Below, one piece after another: positions 28,368 to 38,663 of a stretch of 64,000 bases of DNA. Source of the DNA: a virus. Each line of letters opens with the position of its first letter. The first letter of the stretch is position 1. Below the pieces are notes generated by a model. That model had not been told where the DNA came from. It was given only the letters and a program-made list of their open reading frames with translations, and did no database searches. The stretch spans positions 1-64,000 of IMG/VR virus record IMGVR_UViG_3300032053_000011; one strand, given 5' to 3'. The position numbers were made by a program, and so were the translations under genes.

Positions 28368-28769
28368 CTATGTGACCGTCGTTGGTAGGTCGCCGGACAA
28401 TTCGATCATCGCGCCGGGCACGATCCCAGTGCGACGCGCCGTGCCGCCAGCGAGCTCGAGCACGAAGCGCACCGGACTGAGCGATGTGTAGTTCTGATCG
28501 CTCCTCGGCGCGGCCGAGTGTACGACGCGCAGCACGCGTCCGGTCGCATCAACGAAGATGATGTCCAGCGGGATCAGAGTGTCGCGCATCCAGAACGAGA
28601 CGTACTGGTCACGCGGGAACAGAAAGACCATTCCCTGGTGAGGCTCGAGATAGGTGCGATTCTGGAACCCGCGCTCGCGTGCTTCCGGCGTCGCAGCGAT
28701 CTCAACCCGATAGGCGATGTTCGGGCGATTCGGTGGCTTGACCAGCGCGTAGATCGGCAGCTCTTTCAT
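28368..28769 (-). CDS. DUF192 family protein
   Basis: EIA.TP..R..G, GMVFLFP, FWMRDTLIPLDIIF, VLEL.GG. Confidence 0.9.
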   Translation of the reverse strand: MKELPIYALVKPPNRPNIAYRVEIAATPEARERGFQNRTYLEPHQGMVFLFPRDQYVSFWMRDTLIPLDIIFVDATGRVLRVVHSAAPRSDQNYTSLSPVRFVLELAGGTARRTGIVPGAMIELSGDLPTTVT

Positions 28770-29535
28770 CGCTCACGCCGAATCGGGATCACTGGAGCCA
28801 CTGCGCCCTCGGCTGCGGTTGGCTCCGAAGGATCCATCAGCTCGCCAAACTCACGTAGATCAACGCTGCGCGTGTGCGCTGGCAGGAGCATGCTCGTGCC
28901 CATCACAAGTACCCCTGTCTCGGCCGGATCCAATTCGAAGGTCGCTACGAAGGGGATGTCGTGCTGTTCGCAGATGTCGTAGATCTGGGAGAGCAACGGT
29001 ATCAGCGCTTCGTCGAAGACCGTCTCACGGTTGGGCATTGGGGAGGAGTATCTCGCGCCGCTGCGATATCGTCTATGTTGATCAGCTCGACCGCGAACTT
29101 GCCGTCGGGCATCTTCACCGCTCGCCCGAGGCCGCTCTCGATCGGCGCGCGCATAGCCCACGCGACCTCATCTCGAGGTGGCTTGCGCCACTTCGCCTTC
29201 GCCATTCGAACGAGGATCCATCCGTTGTCGACGAGGAGCGCCTCGCCGAGCGCACTACACCCGAAACAACAGAAGTAGCGGTTCTGCTGTTGCGGGTTGT
29301 TTCGCCACCAGAGCCAGAGCACGGACAGCGTGGGCTTCCGACAGTTCACGCAGGCGGCAGCACTTTGCGCCCTGATCGGTGAGTACGCCTTGACCAGTTC
29401 CGCCGGGACGACGTCCTGATCCACCACCCACGCCGTCGGTCCATCGCTCACCACAGATCGCTCCTTCTGGACTTGCTGGAATTGCCACCACGCCGCCAGC
29501 GGCTCCGTAGCTCTGCTCGCGGCCGTCGGATACAT

Positions 29536-30414
29536 TCAGCTTCCGGCCGTCTCGATGAACTCGCCTGCGGCGTTCATCGGAACAGCCGTGAACTGAGCTC
29601 GCACGTAGGCTGCCGACAACCGCTCGGGATTCGGATCGGCTCCGAGCACACGAACCTCGAAGAGGCCATCTGCACCGTTGGGGTTGGCCCACCAGCGCAT
29701 CTCGTAGACCACGGCATCGCTGCCATCGCTGCGCCGCACTCGAGTCCATGGTCCCGGCAGCCCAGTCGGGTCACGCGGGACGAACGCGGCCCGCCCCATC
29801 TCGATCGCTGTCAGCGCGGGAGTCGTATCCACCACCGGCGGACTGATCGGTCTGGCGATCGCTGGAACAACGATGGGAACTGCGGCAGATGCCGTACCAC
29901 TCGTGTCCTTGATCGTCACGCCGCCAGCCTGGAAGGCCGTGCCGGTCAGCGCAGCGCTGCCTTCTGGAACGGCTGCACCAGGAACCGCTGGAGGAGCCTG
30001 CTCGTGTCCGATCTCCGCGGGCGTTACTGCCAGCGTTGCCGTTGGCTCTGTCAGCGTGGCAAGAGCCTTCCGCGCCTCCTCGACCACTCCGAGGTCGGTA
30101 TTCGCTCGTTCGAGCAGAATCTCCGACAGCATCATCACCATCGCCCGGAGAGCTTCGAACCGACTGGACGCTGTGGTCTTCGCGCCGAACAGGACATTGT
30201 CCGCGTTCGCGGTGTTCACAGCAGGCGCGGTGCCCACGTTCAGTGTCACGGCATGCTGATTGCCAATGATCTCCTCATCGAGGAGCACGCGACCATGGAC
30301 CTGCATCGACAGGCTCGTGCCGTCCTTGGTCTTGCGCCCTGCTGCGATTCGACGCGCAAGCGCCATCACTGTACCCACCAAATATTCCTCGACCACAGTG
30401 TGCCTCTCTTTCAA
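29536..30414 (-). CDS. hypothetical protein with Ala/Pro/Thr-rich linker
   Basis: 292-aa ORF in coupled run. Confidence 0.55.
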   Translation of the reverse strand: MKERHTVVEEYLVGTVMALARRIAAGRKTKDGTSLSMQVHGRVLLDEEIIGNQHAVTLNVGTAPAVNTANADNVLFGAKTTASSRFEALRAMVMMLSEILLERANTDLGVVEEARKALATLTEPTATLAVTPAEIGHEQAPPAVPGAAVPEGSAALTGTAFQAGGVTIKDTSGTASAAVPIVVPAIARPISPPVVDTTPALTAIEMGRAAFVPRDPTGLPGPWTRVRRSDGSDAVVYEMRWWANPNGADGLFEVRVLGADPNPERLSAAYVRAQFTAVPMNAAGEFIETAGS

Positions 30415-30773
30415 TCAACCAGCGTTCGCGCGTTCCGCTCGAGCCGCAGCTTGTGGCAGTCCTCGCACTCGCAGGCGAGTACCCAGCCTTCACGCAGAAT
30501 GCGTCCAGGCTTTCCACAACGCTCACAGGTCTGCGACGAAAGCGACTCGGCCGCGCCGATCCGAGCGCGGATCTCAGGCGTTTCGACGCCATCAATGTAG
30601 AATCTCAGCGACCCAAGCTTCTCTTTCACCTGGGCGCAGTTGCGGTCCCAGCCGAGCGCGATCAGGTCGACGATCAGTGCCTCAATCAGCGGCAGCCAGC
30701 CGTTGCCGCACCCCGCGCCACACCGCGGCGGCCTGATGTCGTACTTCGCAAGGAGCGCTTCCACCTCGCTCAT
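30411..30773 (-). CDS. conserved phage hypothetical protein
   Basis: GWLPLI...QVKEKLGSLRFY...TCERCGKPG pattern recalled from phage proteins. Confidence 0.75.
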   Translation of the reverse strand: MSEVEALLAKYDIRPPRCGAGCGNGWLPLIEALIVDLIALGWDRNCAQVKEKLGSLRFYIDGVETPEIRARIGAAESLSSQTCERCGKPGRILREGWVLACECEDCHKLRLERNARTLVD

Positions 30774-31155
30774 CAGTTCAATCCCATTGCCCTGGTACGC
30801 GCAGCCTTCACGCAGCTCTCGCAGATACCCGGCACGTCACTGGCCGCCAGCAGCACCACGTAGGATTCCCCGCCGTCGCAGATGGCACACATCACCGCGC
30901 CCGTCTCGAGCAAACCCATCATCACCGCCGAGACGTTACGTCCCAACGGAGGATCACTCAGGTGCTGGATGAGCCGTCCGGTCATCTGCGCTGCCCAGGC
31001 CATGACTGCGCCGCATTGCGGGAACTGGCGTGGCAACTGCGCGCGCACCCATTGCCCGGCCGCTTCTGAGGGTCCGACCGCGGTGGTTGTGGCGATCTCG
31101 CCCAGCGTGAGTGGGCATGACGTCCAGTCGTCAGGGAAGCGCGGCGCCGAGTTGC

Positions 31156-31380
31156 TCATGATCCGCCACCCGGTAGCATCGAACGCTCCAGGTTGCCAGC
31201 GAGCTCGCGAAGCATCTTGATGGTATCGGCTCGTTTTCCCGTCGACACGTAGACCATGTTCCCAACGTCGCCGAAATTGAAGAGGACCAGCGAGAATCCG
31301 ACTTCGGCTGGAAGCGCATCTCGGATCACATTCGCGATCTCGCGGCAGGTGTTCTCGAGTTCTTCGCGTTCTTCGCTCAC
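31156..31380 (-). CDS. hypothetical protein
   Basis: GTG start 7 nt after promoter -10; GFSLVLFNFG..YVS. Confidence 0.6.
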   Translation of the reverse strand: MSEEREELENTCREIANVIRDALPAEVGFSLVLFNFGDVGNMVYVSTGKRADTIKMLRELAGNLERSMLPGGGS

Positions 31381-31387
31381 GGCCGCA

Positions 31388-31416
31388 ACGCTAGCCTAGT
31401 GCTAGCATACTGTCCA
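31388..31416 (-). promoter_or_regulatory. GCTAGC-box sigma70-like promoter (leaderless)
   Basis: TGGACA-17bp-TAGCGT; two GCTAGC boxes. Confidence 0.65.
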
Positions 31417-31766
31417 CCAGAATCATCACAGCGCGTGAAGTGTTTGGTGCGCTTCGACCAAGACCCGAAATTCGGCGGACGTGCGGTTCATCGCAGGGCC
31501 TTTCGTCCGGCATCCGTGATCGCGAAATGAACGTGCTTCGAGTTCTGCGGCATGTGCTCCTCCACAAGAGACTCCCGAAGCAGCCGATCTCTGACACCTG
31601 GGTTGATCAGATATCGGGGCACTGGCGCACCCTCGATCCTGCGCAACACGCGCAACGCATGTTCGGAAAGCGGGTGCGTCTTCTCGCCGTTGAGGGGCTT
31701 CCCTATTCGGTTCATCGCTCGACCACCCTTCCTAGTTTCTTCCCCATGGCTTCCAACAGCAGCCGC

Positions 31767-32552
31767 TCAAGCAACTGGCGCGTGAATGATCTCGGCCAGG
31801 GCTTTCGTGCGTGCCGGGTCGAGTTCGCCAAAGCTCTTCTCGATCCCGGACGCAACGAGGAACGCGTCGACGTAGGGGAGGTAGCGGCGTGCATTCTCCG
31901 GGGTCACGCCGGAGGCGAGCGCGAGCGCATGGTCGCCGATCACGCGGTGCATCGCATGCAGCTTCTCGGGATCGGCAGCCATGCCGGTGCCGCGGCCCGA
32001 GGTCGTGATCACGTCCATGCATTGCATCGCGATGCGCGCGAGATATCCCAGGTGCGAGGCAGGGATCTCTGGCTGGCTCTTGAACGCCGTGCCGCCGAAG
32101 TAGATGCCATCCCACATCGTGTCGTTGATCGCCTGCTCCATGAGTTCGGCCGCGCTCCTGGCGAGCGGTTCGTGAATCGCATCCAGGCCATATGCGTCGA
32201 CGCGCGCGTCGTCGGACCAGATCCCATCCACGTCGTTGCCGAACTTCCGCACGACCGCAGAGGGATCCATGCCGAGGGCATTGATCCCGATCCACAGGAA
32301 TTCGCATGCTCGTTCTCGGTCGCCAACGCCATAGGTGCCTGACTGCGACCGGATCCTGTCGATCAATTCGGGGAACTCCTCGATCTCCATTCCCTGGTTG
32401 ATCAGGAATACGCCATCGGCACCCGCGTCCATCGCGATCTTCACGTTCGCGATGGCGCCCGAGATGCCGTGCGGAAGATGGATCACCGGCAGCAGGACGC
32501 GCGGCCTGCCAAAGTAGCCCTGGATGCGGTTCGTGGTGGGTTGCTCATTCAC
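31767..32552 (-). CDS. BtpA/SgcQ-family TIM-barrel protein
   Basis: PVIHL, GADGVFLIN, TSG.GTG, ASGVTPEN, FLVASGI. Confidence 0.8.
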   Translation of the reverse strand: MNEQPTTNRIQGYFGRPRVLLPVIHLPHGISGAIANVKIAMDAGADGVFLINQGMEIEEFPELIDRIRSQSGTYGVGDRERACEFLWIGINALGMDPSAVVRKFGNDVDGIWSDDARVDAYGLDAIHEPLARSAAELMEQAINDTMWDGIYFGGTAFKSQPEIPASHLGYLARIAMQCMDVITTSGRGTGMAADPEKLHAMHRVIGDHALALASGVTPENARRYLPYVDAFLVASGIEKSFGELDPARTKALAEIIHAPVA

Positions 32553-34215
32553 GGCGGCCTCATCAGATCATTGCGTTCGCAGTCGCGGATACGATGCACC
32601 AGGGAATCAATTCGAGACTCGAGCCCCGTGAGCAGTCTCTCGGTAGCTTGCTGATCGACGACAGCGTGCCTCTCCATACGAGTAACGCGTGTCTGGAGTT
32701 CACGGTACCTCTCGTAAAGGTCGGACAGTCGGTACTCGAGCAGCGCGATCGTCCCGCCAAACGTCAGCACGGCAGCAAGCGCAATGGGCGCGATCCAGCG
32801 CCTCACGGCAGGACCATCAGATCGTGGTCCATGGCGGGCATCCCGCACCGCGAACACGAGGCCGACTCGCCGTTCTCGCCGATCAGCACTGTGGGGCCGT
32901 CCCATACGTGCTCGCACGTGCCGGGGCAGTTGCAACGGCAGCCGCCCGGGCAGATGAACACGGTGATGGCTGGTGCGTCGTCGTTCACGTACAGAACAAT
33001 CTTTTGCCGTCCGGTCCCGTGACCCACATCTCCGGCGTGAAGAAGTACGGCGTTCCGTCTTCCAGGAAGCCGAACTCCTCATGGACGGGGCAGGCATAGG
33101 CCTCGCGGAACTCGAGCCCGCCGACCAGGATCGGATAGGGCCCGAAGATGGCCTCGGGAGAATCCGGCTGCACGTCGGTCATGTCCTTCATCCATTCGAC
33201 GCACCGAGAAAGCGTCGCGCACTTCGGGCAAGGCTTGTCGGAAGGTCGGTACCAGCGTCGTCGAATCGCCCGGAGTGCCTTGTGCGTCAGCTCGATGGAT
33301 GCGGACGCATCCTTTTCAGGATCGCCATCGAATCTGGCGAAGCCTTCCTTCACGAGATCCCGGAAGTCTGGGCGGGGGCAGAATGAAGACCTGTTGAGAG
33401 CGGCCAATGGTTGGCGTCCCGCCGCGATATCGGCATCGATGGTCTCGCCGATCTCTTTGATGCCCACGCTGCCCCATTGATCGCCCTTCAATTGGCAGGC
33501 TCGTACGATCAAGGCCGCTGCCATTTCGCGCTCCGACCGGCCCAGCGTGCCTACGAGGCACGGAACCAGCAAGACGACGTCCGATGGCCGCATATCCGGC
33601 GCCGACTTCATCCTTCCAGAACTCATTGGCCCGGTCTCCATCCGAGGTCCACTTCGAGCAGGATGGCAGTCCAGCGCTCGCGAATCTCCTCCTGGAGGTC
33701 TTCCTCGAGATTCTCGATCACATCGCACCCACTGCGGCTGGAAAGGTCCGCCAGCAGTCGTCGTACCGCCTCTCGCGCCTGCGCCTCGGTCATAGCGCAG
33801 CTTTACTGGAGCCGATATGTGGCGTCAAGCGTGCGCTTGCGATTGGCTTGCATTGCGCTTGCATCGCACCTACATGGTGGGGCGCCTGACGGACGCACCG
33901 ATCGAAACTTGCGATCGGTCACGCGCGTGGCTATATTCGACACGTGGTGCCACCATGTCATTCGCAGCCGAAGTACAGGAGCGTTCGCTCGACCTAGAAC
34001 TGGAGTTCGCCTTCCACCGCGCGTCGGGCGACGCGACGTGTGCCGCGTGCAAACGCGCATACCGTCGACACCCTCTCGACAACAGCAAGCTCGGTCACAA
34101 CGGACAGCCGTTCCTGCGCGTGCTCTGCGACGGTCGGAGAGTGCAGATCTGAGCGGCGATTCGCCACAGCGACGCGCTTCTTGGTGCCGCGGCTGACCCC
34201 GCGTAGACTCGGCCC

Positions 34216-35073
34216 ATGGCGTATCCCGACCAGAGCACGTTCAACGACGCAGCCCCGCTTTCTGCGTGGTGGCGGGAATCGATCCCAGGCCACACCTGGA
34301 TCCATGCTGGAAGTGGGCGCGGCCTGATCATGGCCATCCAGGGGGCCCTGGTCGATCACATGCCGACCGGGCAACTGTTCGGGTTCCCGGATCCGCATCT
34401 CTTCGACCAAGGCAACGTCTGGGGCGGATTTTCGCCTGTTCGGCCCGTCCTCATCAGCAAGCCGGGTGGCTCCGAAGGCATTGTCACGTCGATTCCGTAC
34501 ATCGGTGGGATCGTCCGGCACCTCTTCCACCCGTTCCAGATCGATGGTGCGTTCGGGCCCGACACGATGGCGCTGCTTTGGAACTTTGCGAGCGGCATGG
34601 GTCCCCGGCACCTGGATGAACGCGGGATCTTGCTGCCCGCGGACTACGAGGCGGAGGGCCTGTGGAGGACGGCGCAATTGCCCGGGGCTGCTGGCGCGCG
34701 CGCCATGCCCTTCTTCCCTGACCTCGCCACGAGCATCGCTCAGGACCTCGTCGCAGGCCGCGTGGGACCGGACACGATGCGCTATGCCCTGTTCCTGGCC
34801 TACGGACCCTACAGTCGTCATCCCACGCCGAACCTCGTTCACCCGGGCCAGATCGACATCCCGCCGGATGCCATCATGCCTGCATGGGAACGCGCAGCAC
34901 CCTACGAGACGCGACCTGGGTACGTCGCTCGGTGGGAGCTGGGCAATGAACCGATCCCCGCCGGGCCTCCCACCAATGCTGGGACGACGCCAGCACCGAA
35001 CACTGCGCGCTTCGTGATCGGCACGGCGGCCCTGGCAGCGGCGGTATTCTGGCTGGTGCGGCGCGCGCTGTGA
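34216..35073 (+). CDS. C-terminally membrane-anchored protein with peptidoglycan-binding-like motifs
   Basis: IDGAFGPDT and GRVGPDT; terminal FVIGTAALAAAVFWLVRR; TAGACT 6 nt upstream of ATG. Confidence 0.6.
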   Translation: MAYPDQSTFNDAAPLSAWWRESIPGHTWIHAGSGRGLIMAIQGALVDHMPTGQLFGFPDPHLFDQGNVWGGFSPVRPVLISKPGGSEGIVTSIPYIGGIVRHLFHPFQIDGAFGPDTMALLWNFASGMGPRHLDERGILLPADYEAEGLWRTAQLPGAAGARAMPFFPDLATSIAQDLVAGRVGPDTMRYALFLAYGPYSRHPTPNLVHPGQIDIPPDAIMPAWERAAPYETRPGYVARWELGNEPIPAGPPTNAGTTPAPNTARFVIGTAALAAAVFWLVRRAL

Positions 35074-35495
35074 GTTGGAGCGCGATCGCAAGCGCCGTGC
35101 GAGTAGGGCATCTGCCGCTGGATCTGGCCATCTGGGCAGAGGGTCCCGACGCCGCGCGCGCGTGGGCTGACCTCCTATTTGCCGCGCGCCTTGATGTATT
35201 GGTCCTTCTGCCGGGAACTCCAGCCAAGTTCTACGAGCAGGTCTGCGCCGCCATCCGTCTGGCCTCGAATCCTGACCCGGCTGTTCGGCGCGGCTACAGG
35301 GCTAGCGACTTTGACTTCCTCCTGAACGAAGACGGAACACATCTCTCGCTCCAATTCCTACACGAAATGTTGCACGCCCGATTTATCAGGGGCTCATGCA
35401 GGGGCTCATGGGCATTGGTGAATGCGGCAGTTCCTCACGTCTATCCGGCGCCTACGATCGGTGAGCTTGTCGAAGCCGCTGAATGGCGACAATGA
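35070..35495 (+). CDS. PL/GPPT-motif family paralogue
   Basis: GHLPLDLAIW...PAPTIGELVEAAEW. Confidence 0.75.
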   Translation: MSWSAIASAVRVGHLPLDLAIWAEGPDAARAWADLLFAARLDVLVLLPGTPAKFYEQVCAAIRLASNPDPAVRRGYRASDFDFLLNEDGTHLSLQFLHEMLHARFIRGSCRGSWALVNAAVPHVYPAPTIGELVEAAEWRQ

Positions 35496-36118
35496 GTCTG
35501 AGCGATGCCGACGGCGCGCGGTTGTGGAACGAGATCGCCCAAGCCATAGAGGCTGGCGCTTTGCCGTTGCATCTCGCGATCTGGGCGGACTCCGCCGAGG
35601 CAGTCCGCGCGTGGGATCGACTTCCGAGCGGCTACCGCGCGGACGTGATCGTCCTGCTGCCCAATGCCTTCGAAGTCGTTCGCGCCCACCTCCGGGCCCT
35701 GTTGCCGAGCATGCGCTGTCGCGGCCATCAAAAGCGGACGCTCGATGACCTGCTCGACGAAGCCGATACCATCCTCGAGACGCCGAGGATCTCATCCGAG
35801 CAAGTCGCACGCATGCTCCAGCTCGAAGGCCGGGCCATCAGTCTAATGGCCGCCGCGCGAGACGCCCAGATCGTTCGCGAGAACCGCCGAGGCTATCGCG
35901 AGACCGCTGAGAGCGTCACCATCCTCAGCGATCTGGAGATCCTGCGCACAGTCTGGATCGCACTCGAGGACTACGCGATCGCATCAGAAAGTCCATCGAA
36001 GTATCAAACGGCGAGGAACTTGCGCACCGTCCTCGCGACGCTGGTGGTGCATCTGGCCATCGACCCAGCTCCTTCGACGGCTGATCTAGTAGCGGCTGCC
36101 GACTTCTGGCGCCGGTGA
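35483..36118 (+). CDS. PL/GPPT-motif family paralogue
   Basis: GALPLHLAIW...PAPSTADLVAAADFW. Confidence 0.75.
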   Translation: MATMSLSDADGARLWNEIAQAIEAGALPLHLAIWADSAEAVRAWDRLPSGYRADVIVLLPNAFEVVRAHLRALLPSMRCRGHQKRTLDDLLDEADTILETPRISSEQVARMLQLEGRAISLMAAARDAQIVRENRRGYRETAESVTILSDLEILRTVWIALEDYAIASESPSKYQTARNLRTVLATLVVHLAIDPAPSTADLVAAADFWRR

Positions 36119-36493
36119 TTCCATCAGCACTGCCGCCACCGTGAATCTGATCAGCGCATTCAGGCCGTCGTGACCGCCAACCCGCTCGGCATCGGTCCAC
36201 CAGGACTCCCGATGGGCCTGTTCGGCGCAGACGTCGAGCACCACCGTCGCAGTGCGTGCCAGCGCTGTATCGACGAGGTGATGAAGCGTGTCCATGGTCA
36301 GTCCGAGCATCTGCGCGATCTTCCGAGCGAGGAAAGCATCGAGCGGCGCCGTTCCCCGTTCAATGCGTGAGATCAGGCTCTGGCTGGCGCCCACGTTGCT
36401 CGCAAGTTCCAACTGAGACAACGCGCTCGTCGCGCGGCGTTGCGCCAGGATTGCGCCCAGGACACGCACTCGAACGTCCTCGAGATCAGTCAC
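36086..36493 (-). CDS. XRE-family HTH transcriptional regulator
   Basis: LSQLELASNVGASQSLISRIERG; GTGA-coupled start. Confidence 0.8.
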   Translation of the reverse strand: MTDLEDVRVRVLGAILAQRRATSALSQLELASNVGASQSLISRIERGTAPLDAFLARKIAQMLGLTMDTLHHLVDTALARTATVVLDVCAEQAHRESWWTDAERVGGHDGLNALIRFTVAAVLMESPAPEVGSRY

Positions 36494-38619
36494 GGCAGCG
36501 GCGCCCAGAGCCGCTGGTACGTTGCGCGATCCACCTCGGTCCGCCACCGATGACCATTCCAACAGACGATCGCCGGATGCATCGGCAAGGCGTTGATCTC
36601 TTGATCCCCGTTGTACAGATCCAACCAGCGCTGCTCGCCAACCTGCGGCATGCCCGGATCCAGCGCGAAGTATTCGCAGCTCATGTGACGCGCCCAAGCG
36701 ATTGCGGTGCCAATGCTCCTCGGCGGTGGCAGTGCCGGGATCTCGTCCTCTTCGGGCTCTTCCTCCCGCATTCGAATTGAAGCGGCGATGGCTCGGATCT
36801 TCCGGTATCCGTCGGCGCAACGCGCCACATTCCGAGTCATCGCGTCCGCGAACGATTGTTCGTGCGAAGAGAGCCGGTCGACCAGATGCGTGGCTTCGTG
36901 GATCGCCGCCGCGTACAGCCAGCGCAGATCCTCGTCGCGACTCGGCGCGAGCATCTCCCGCCGGGTCTTCGGATCACGGAACGGATTGAGCACCAGCCAG
37001 TCCGCTTGGCCTTCACGGACCGCCGCGGCGCCGTTCTCTTCGGAGAAGAGCCATCCGACGCCGTACTGCACCCTGGATCCGAGTTGGATCAGTACGTATC
37101 GGCACATCTCCGTCCAGGTCTTCAGGAGCTTCAGGACACGCGGCTTCATCGTCGCGGGCTCGAACCGGCGCGGCACTTTGAATCCGGCGATCTCCTGCAC
37201 GACGATCATATCCGGCTGCCACACGAGCTGCGCCATGGCAGCCTCGAGATGATCCTGGCCAAGGAACCTCCCTGACATCAGATGGGCTGCGGACTCGGGG
37301 GAGGCTTCGAATGTCCGCTCATCGCTCTCGCCACGCTGGCCGCGAGCGCGCTGAATACTGTCGAGCGTTTCCGCGATACGCGCCAAGCCATCCGGCGCGA
37401 TCACCATCGTCGCTGGCCCGGCAACGTGCGCTGGTCCCGTGGCGAGCAGGATTTCGGCCTCATCCCTGCCGGAGACCGCCGGGCCGGTGCCCTTGTAGAC
37501 CTTGCGGAAGACGTTCTGTTTCGTCTGGAGGGCAGACCGGGTCTCGACTGCCAGCTCGTTCTCGAACTTCCACATCGCGCTCAGAAGCTCGGCATCACGG
37601 AAGGCGTCGCGGTTCGAGGTGAGCAGTTCGATCGATGGGCGCAGCATCTCGCCGATCACGTTGCCTTTGATCACGCTGGGAATGTCTCGCGAGAACATGT
37701 ACAGGCCGCCGGTGCGAACGATCAGCAGCGGCCAGTCCGTTTCCACGTCGGAGAAAAACAGCTCGAGCTTGTCCGCGAGGGTCCGCAGGCGCTTCTTGGC
37801 CTTGAGCGCGGCCGATACCGGCTGGCCTTGCACCCAGAACCGTACGGCTGGGAGATAGCTTCGGCTCAGGAGGGTCGTGGCCGACACCCCATCGATTGCA
37901 TCCTGGGCGGCCATCAGCACTTCGACCCGGGTCCCTTCGCGATAGAATGGCGCTGGTTCGAAGTCCCACGAGTTGGCGACGCCTGCGGCAACCATGTCCC
38001 GGGAGTGAACGCGCCAGGAGAGCCAGGGCAGCAAAAGCAGTTCCTTCGCCTTGCCGAACCCGCCCATCGCGCCACGCGCGCCGACCTTGCTCGTCCCGTA
38101 GAACACCATGAACTTGTGTTCGAAGGCCTCGCGGTCCATCCCCGAGCCGTTGTCTTCGCAGATGATGCGAACGGTGCCATCAGGCTGCGGCTCGGTGGAC
38201 AGGCGGATCTCTGTTGCTCCTGCGTCGACGGAGTTCTGCACTGCCTCGCGCCACCACTTCGTGGGCCAGTCCGTGTACTCCTGCTTCACCCGCTTGAACG
38301 CCTCGGGATCGATCGCCATCATCTTCGGATTCGCGCGGGTCTTCGCGCGGACCGCGATCGCTTTCTGTCCATCTGGCAGGCTGCGCTCGCCGACCAGCGC
38401 GGCGTCACTGCGCAGCATCGCGGCGCGCAACAGATGGTAGGCGTACGTCCAGCTCTCGGCGATATAGATCCCGGGCTCACTCAGCGCGGATGCGACGGCG
38501 GCCGGGTCCTCCACGATCTGCACAAGCTCCGGCTCCAGCTCGCTCAGGGCGAGGTTCGGGCGCAGGCCGCGCGGGTCTTTCTCGCGACCCCTGATGCGGA
38601 CGTCTTGGAGTTTCGACAT
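36490..38619 (-). CDS. GHKL (HATPase_c/Hsp90/MORC-like) ATPase with C-terminal HExxH motif
   Basis: REAVQNSVDA, EDNGSGM, GGFG.AK, GTRV boxes; AIHEATH near C-terminus. Confidence 0.8.
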   Translation of the reverse strand: MSKLQDVRIRGREKDPRGLRPNLALSELEPELVQIVEDPAAVASALSEPGIYIAESWTYAYHLLRAAMLRSDAALVGERSLPDGQKAIAVRAKTRANPKMMAIDPEAFKRVKQEYTDWPTKWWREAVQNSVDAGATEIRLSTEPQPDGTVRIICEDNGSGMDREAFEHKFMVFYGTSKVGARGAMGGFGKAKELLLLPWLSWRVHSRDMVAAGVANSWDFEPAPFYREGTRVEVLMAAQDAIDGVSATTLLSRSYLPAVRFWVQGQPVSAALKAKKRLRTLADKLELFFSDVETDWPLLIVRTGGLYMFSRDIPSVIKGNVIGEMLRPSIELLTSNRDAFRDAELLSAMWKFENELAVETRSALQTKQNVFRKVYKGTGPAVSGRDEAEILLATGPAHVAGPATMVIAPDGLARIAETLDSIQRARGQRGESDERTFEASPESAAHLMSGRFLGQDHLEAAMAQLVWQPDMIVVQEIAGFKVPRRFEPATMKPRVLKLLKTWTEMCRYVLIQLGSRVQYGVGWLFSEENGAAAVREGQADWLVLNPFRDPKTRREMLAPSRDEDLRWLYAAAIHEATHLVDRLSSHEQSFADAMTRNVARCADGYRKIRAIAASIRMREEEPEEDEIPALPPPRSIGTAIAWARHMSCEYFALDPGMPQVGEQRWLDLYNGDQEINALPMHPAIVCWNGHRWRTEVDRATYQRLWAPLP

Positions 38620-38663
38620 GGTCGGAAGTTCTACCACGATCGGCCCTGTGGCATCATGGGCCG

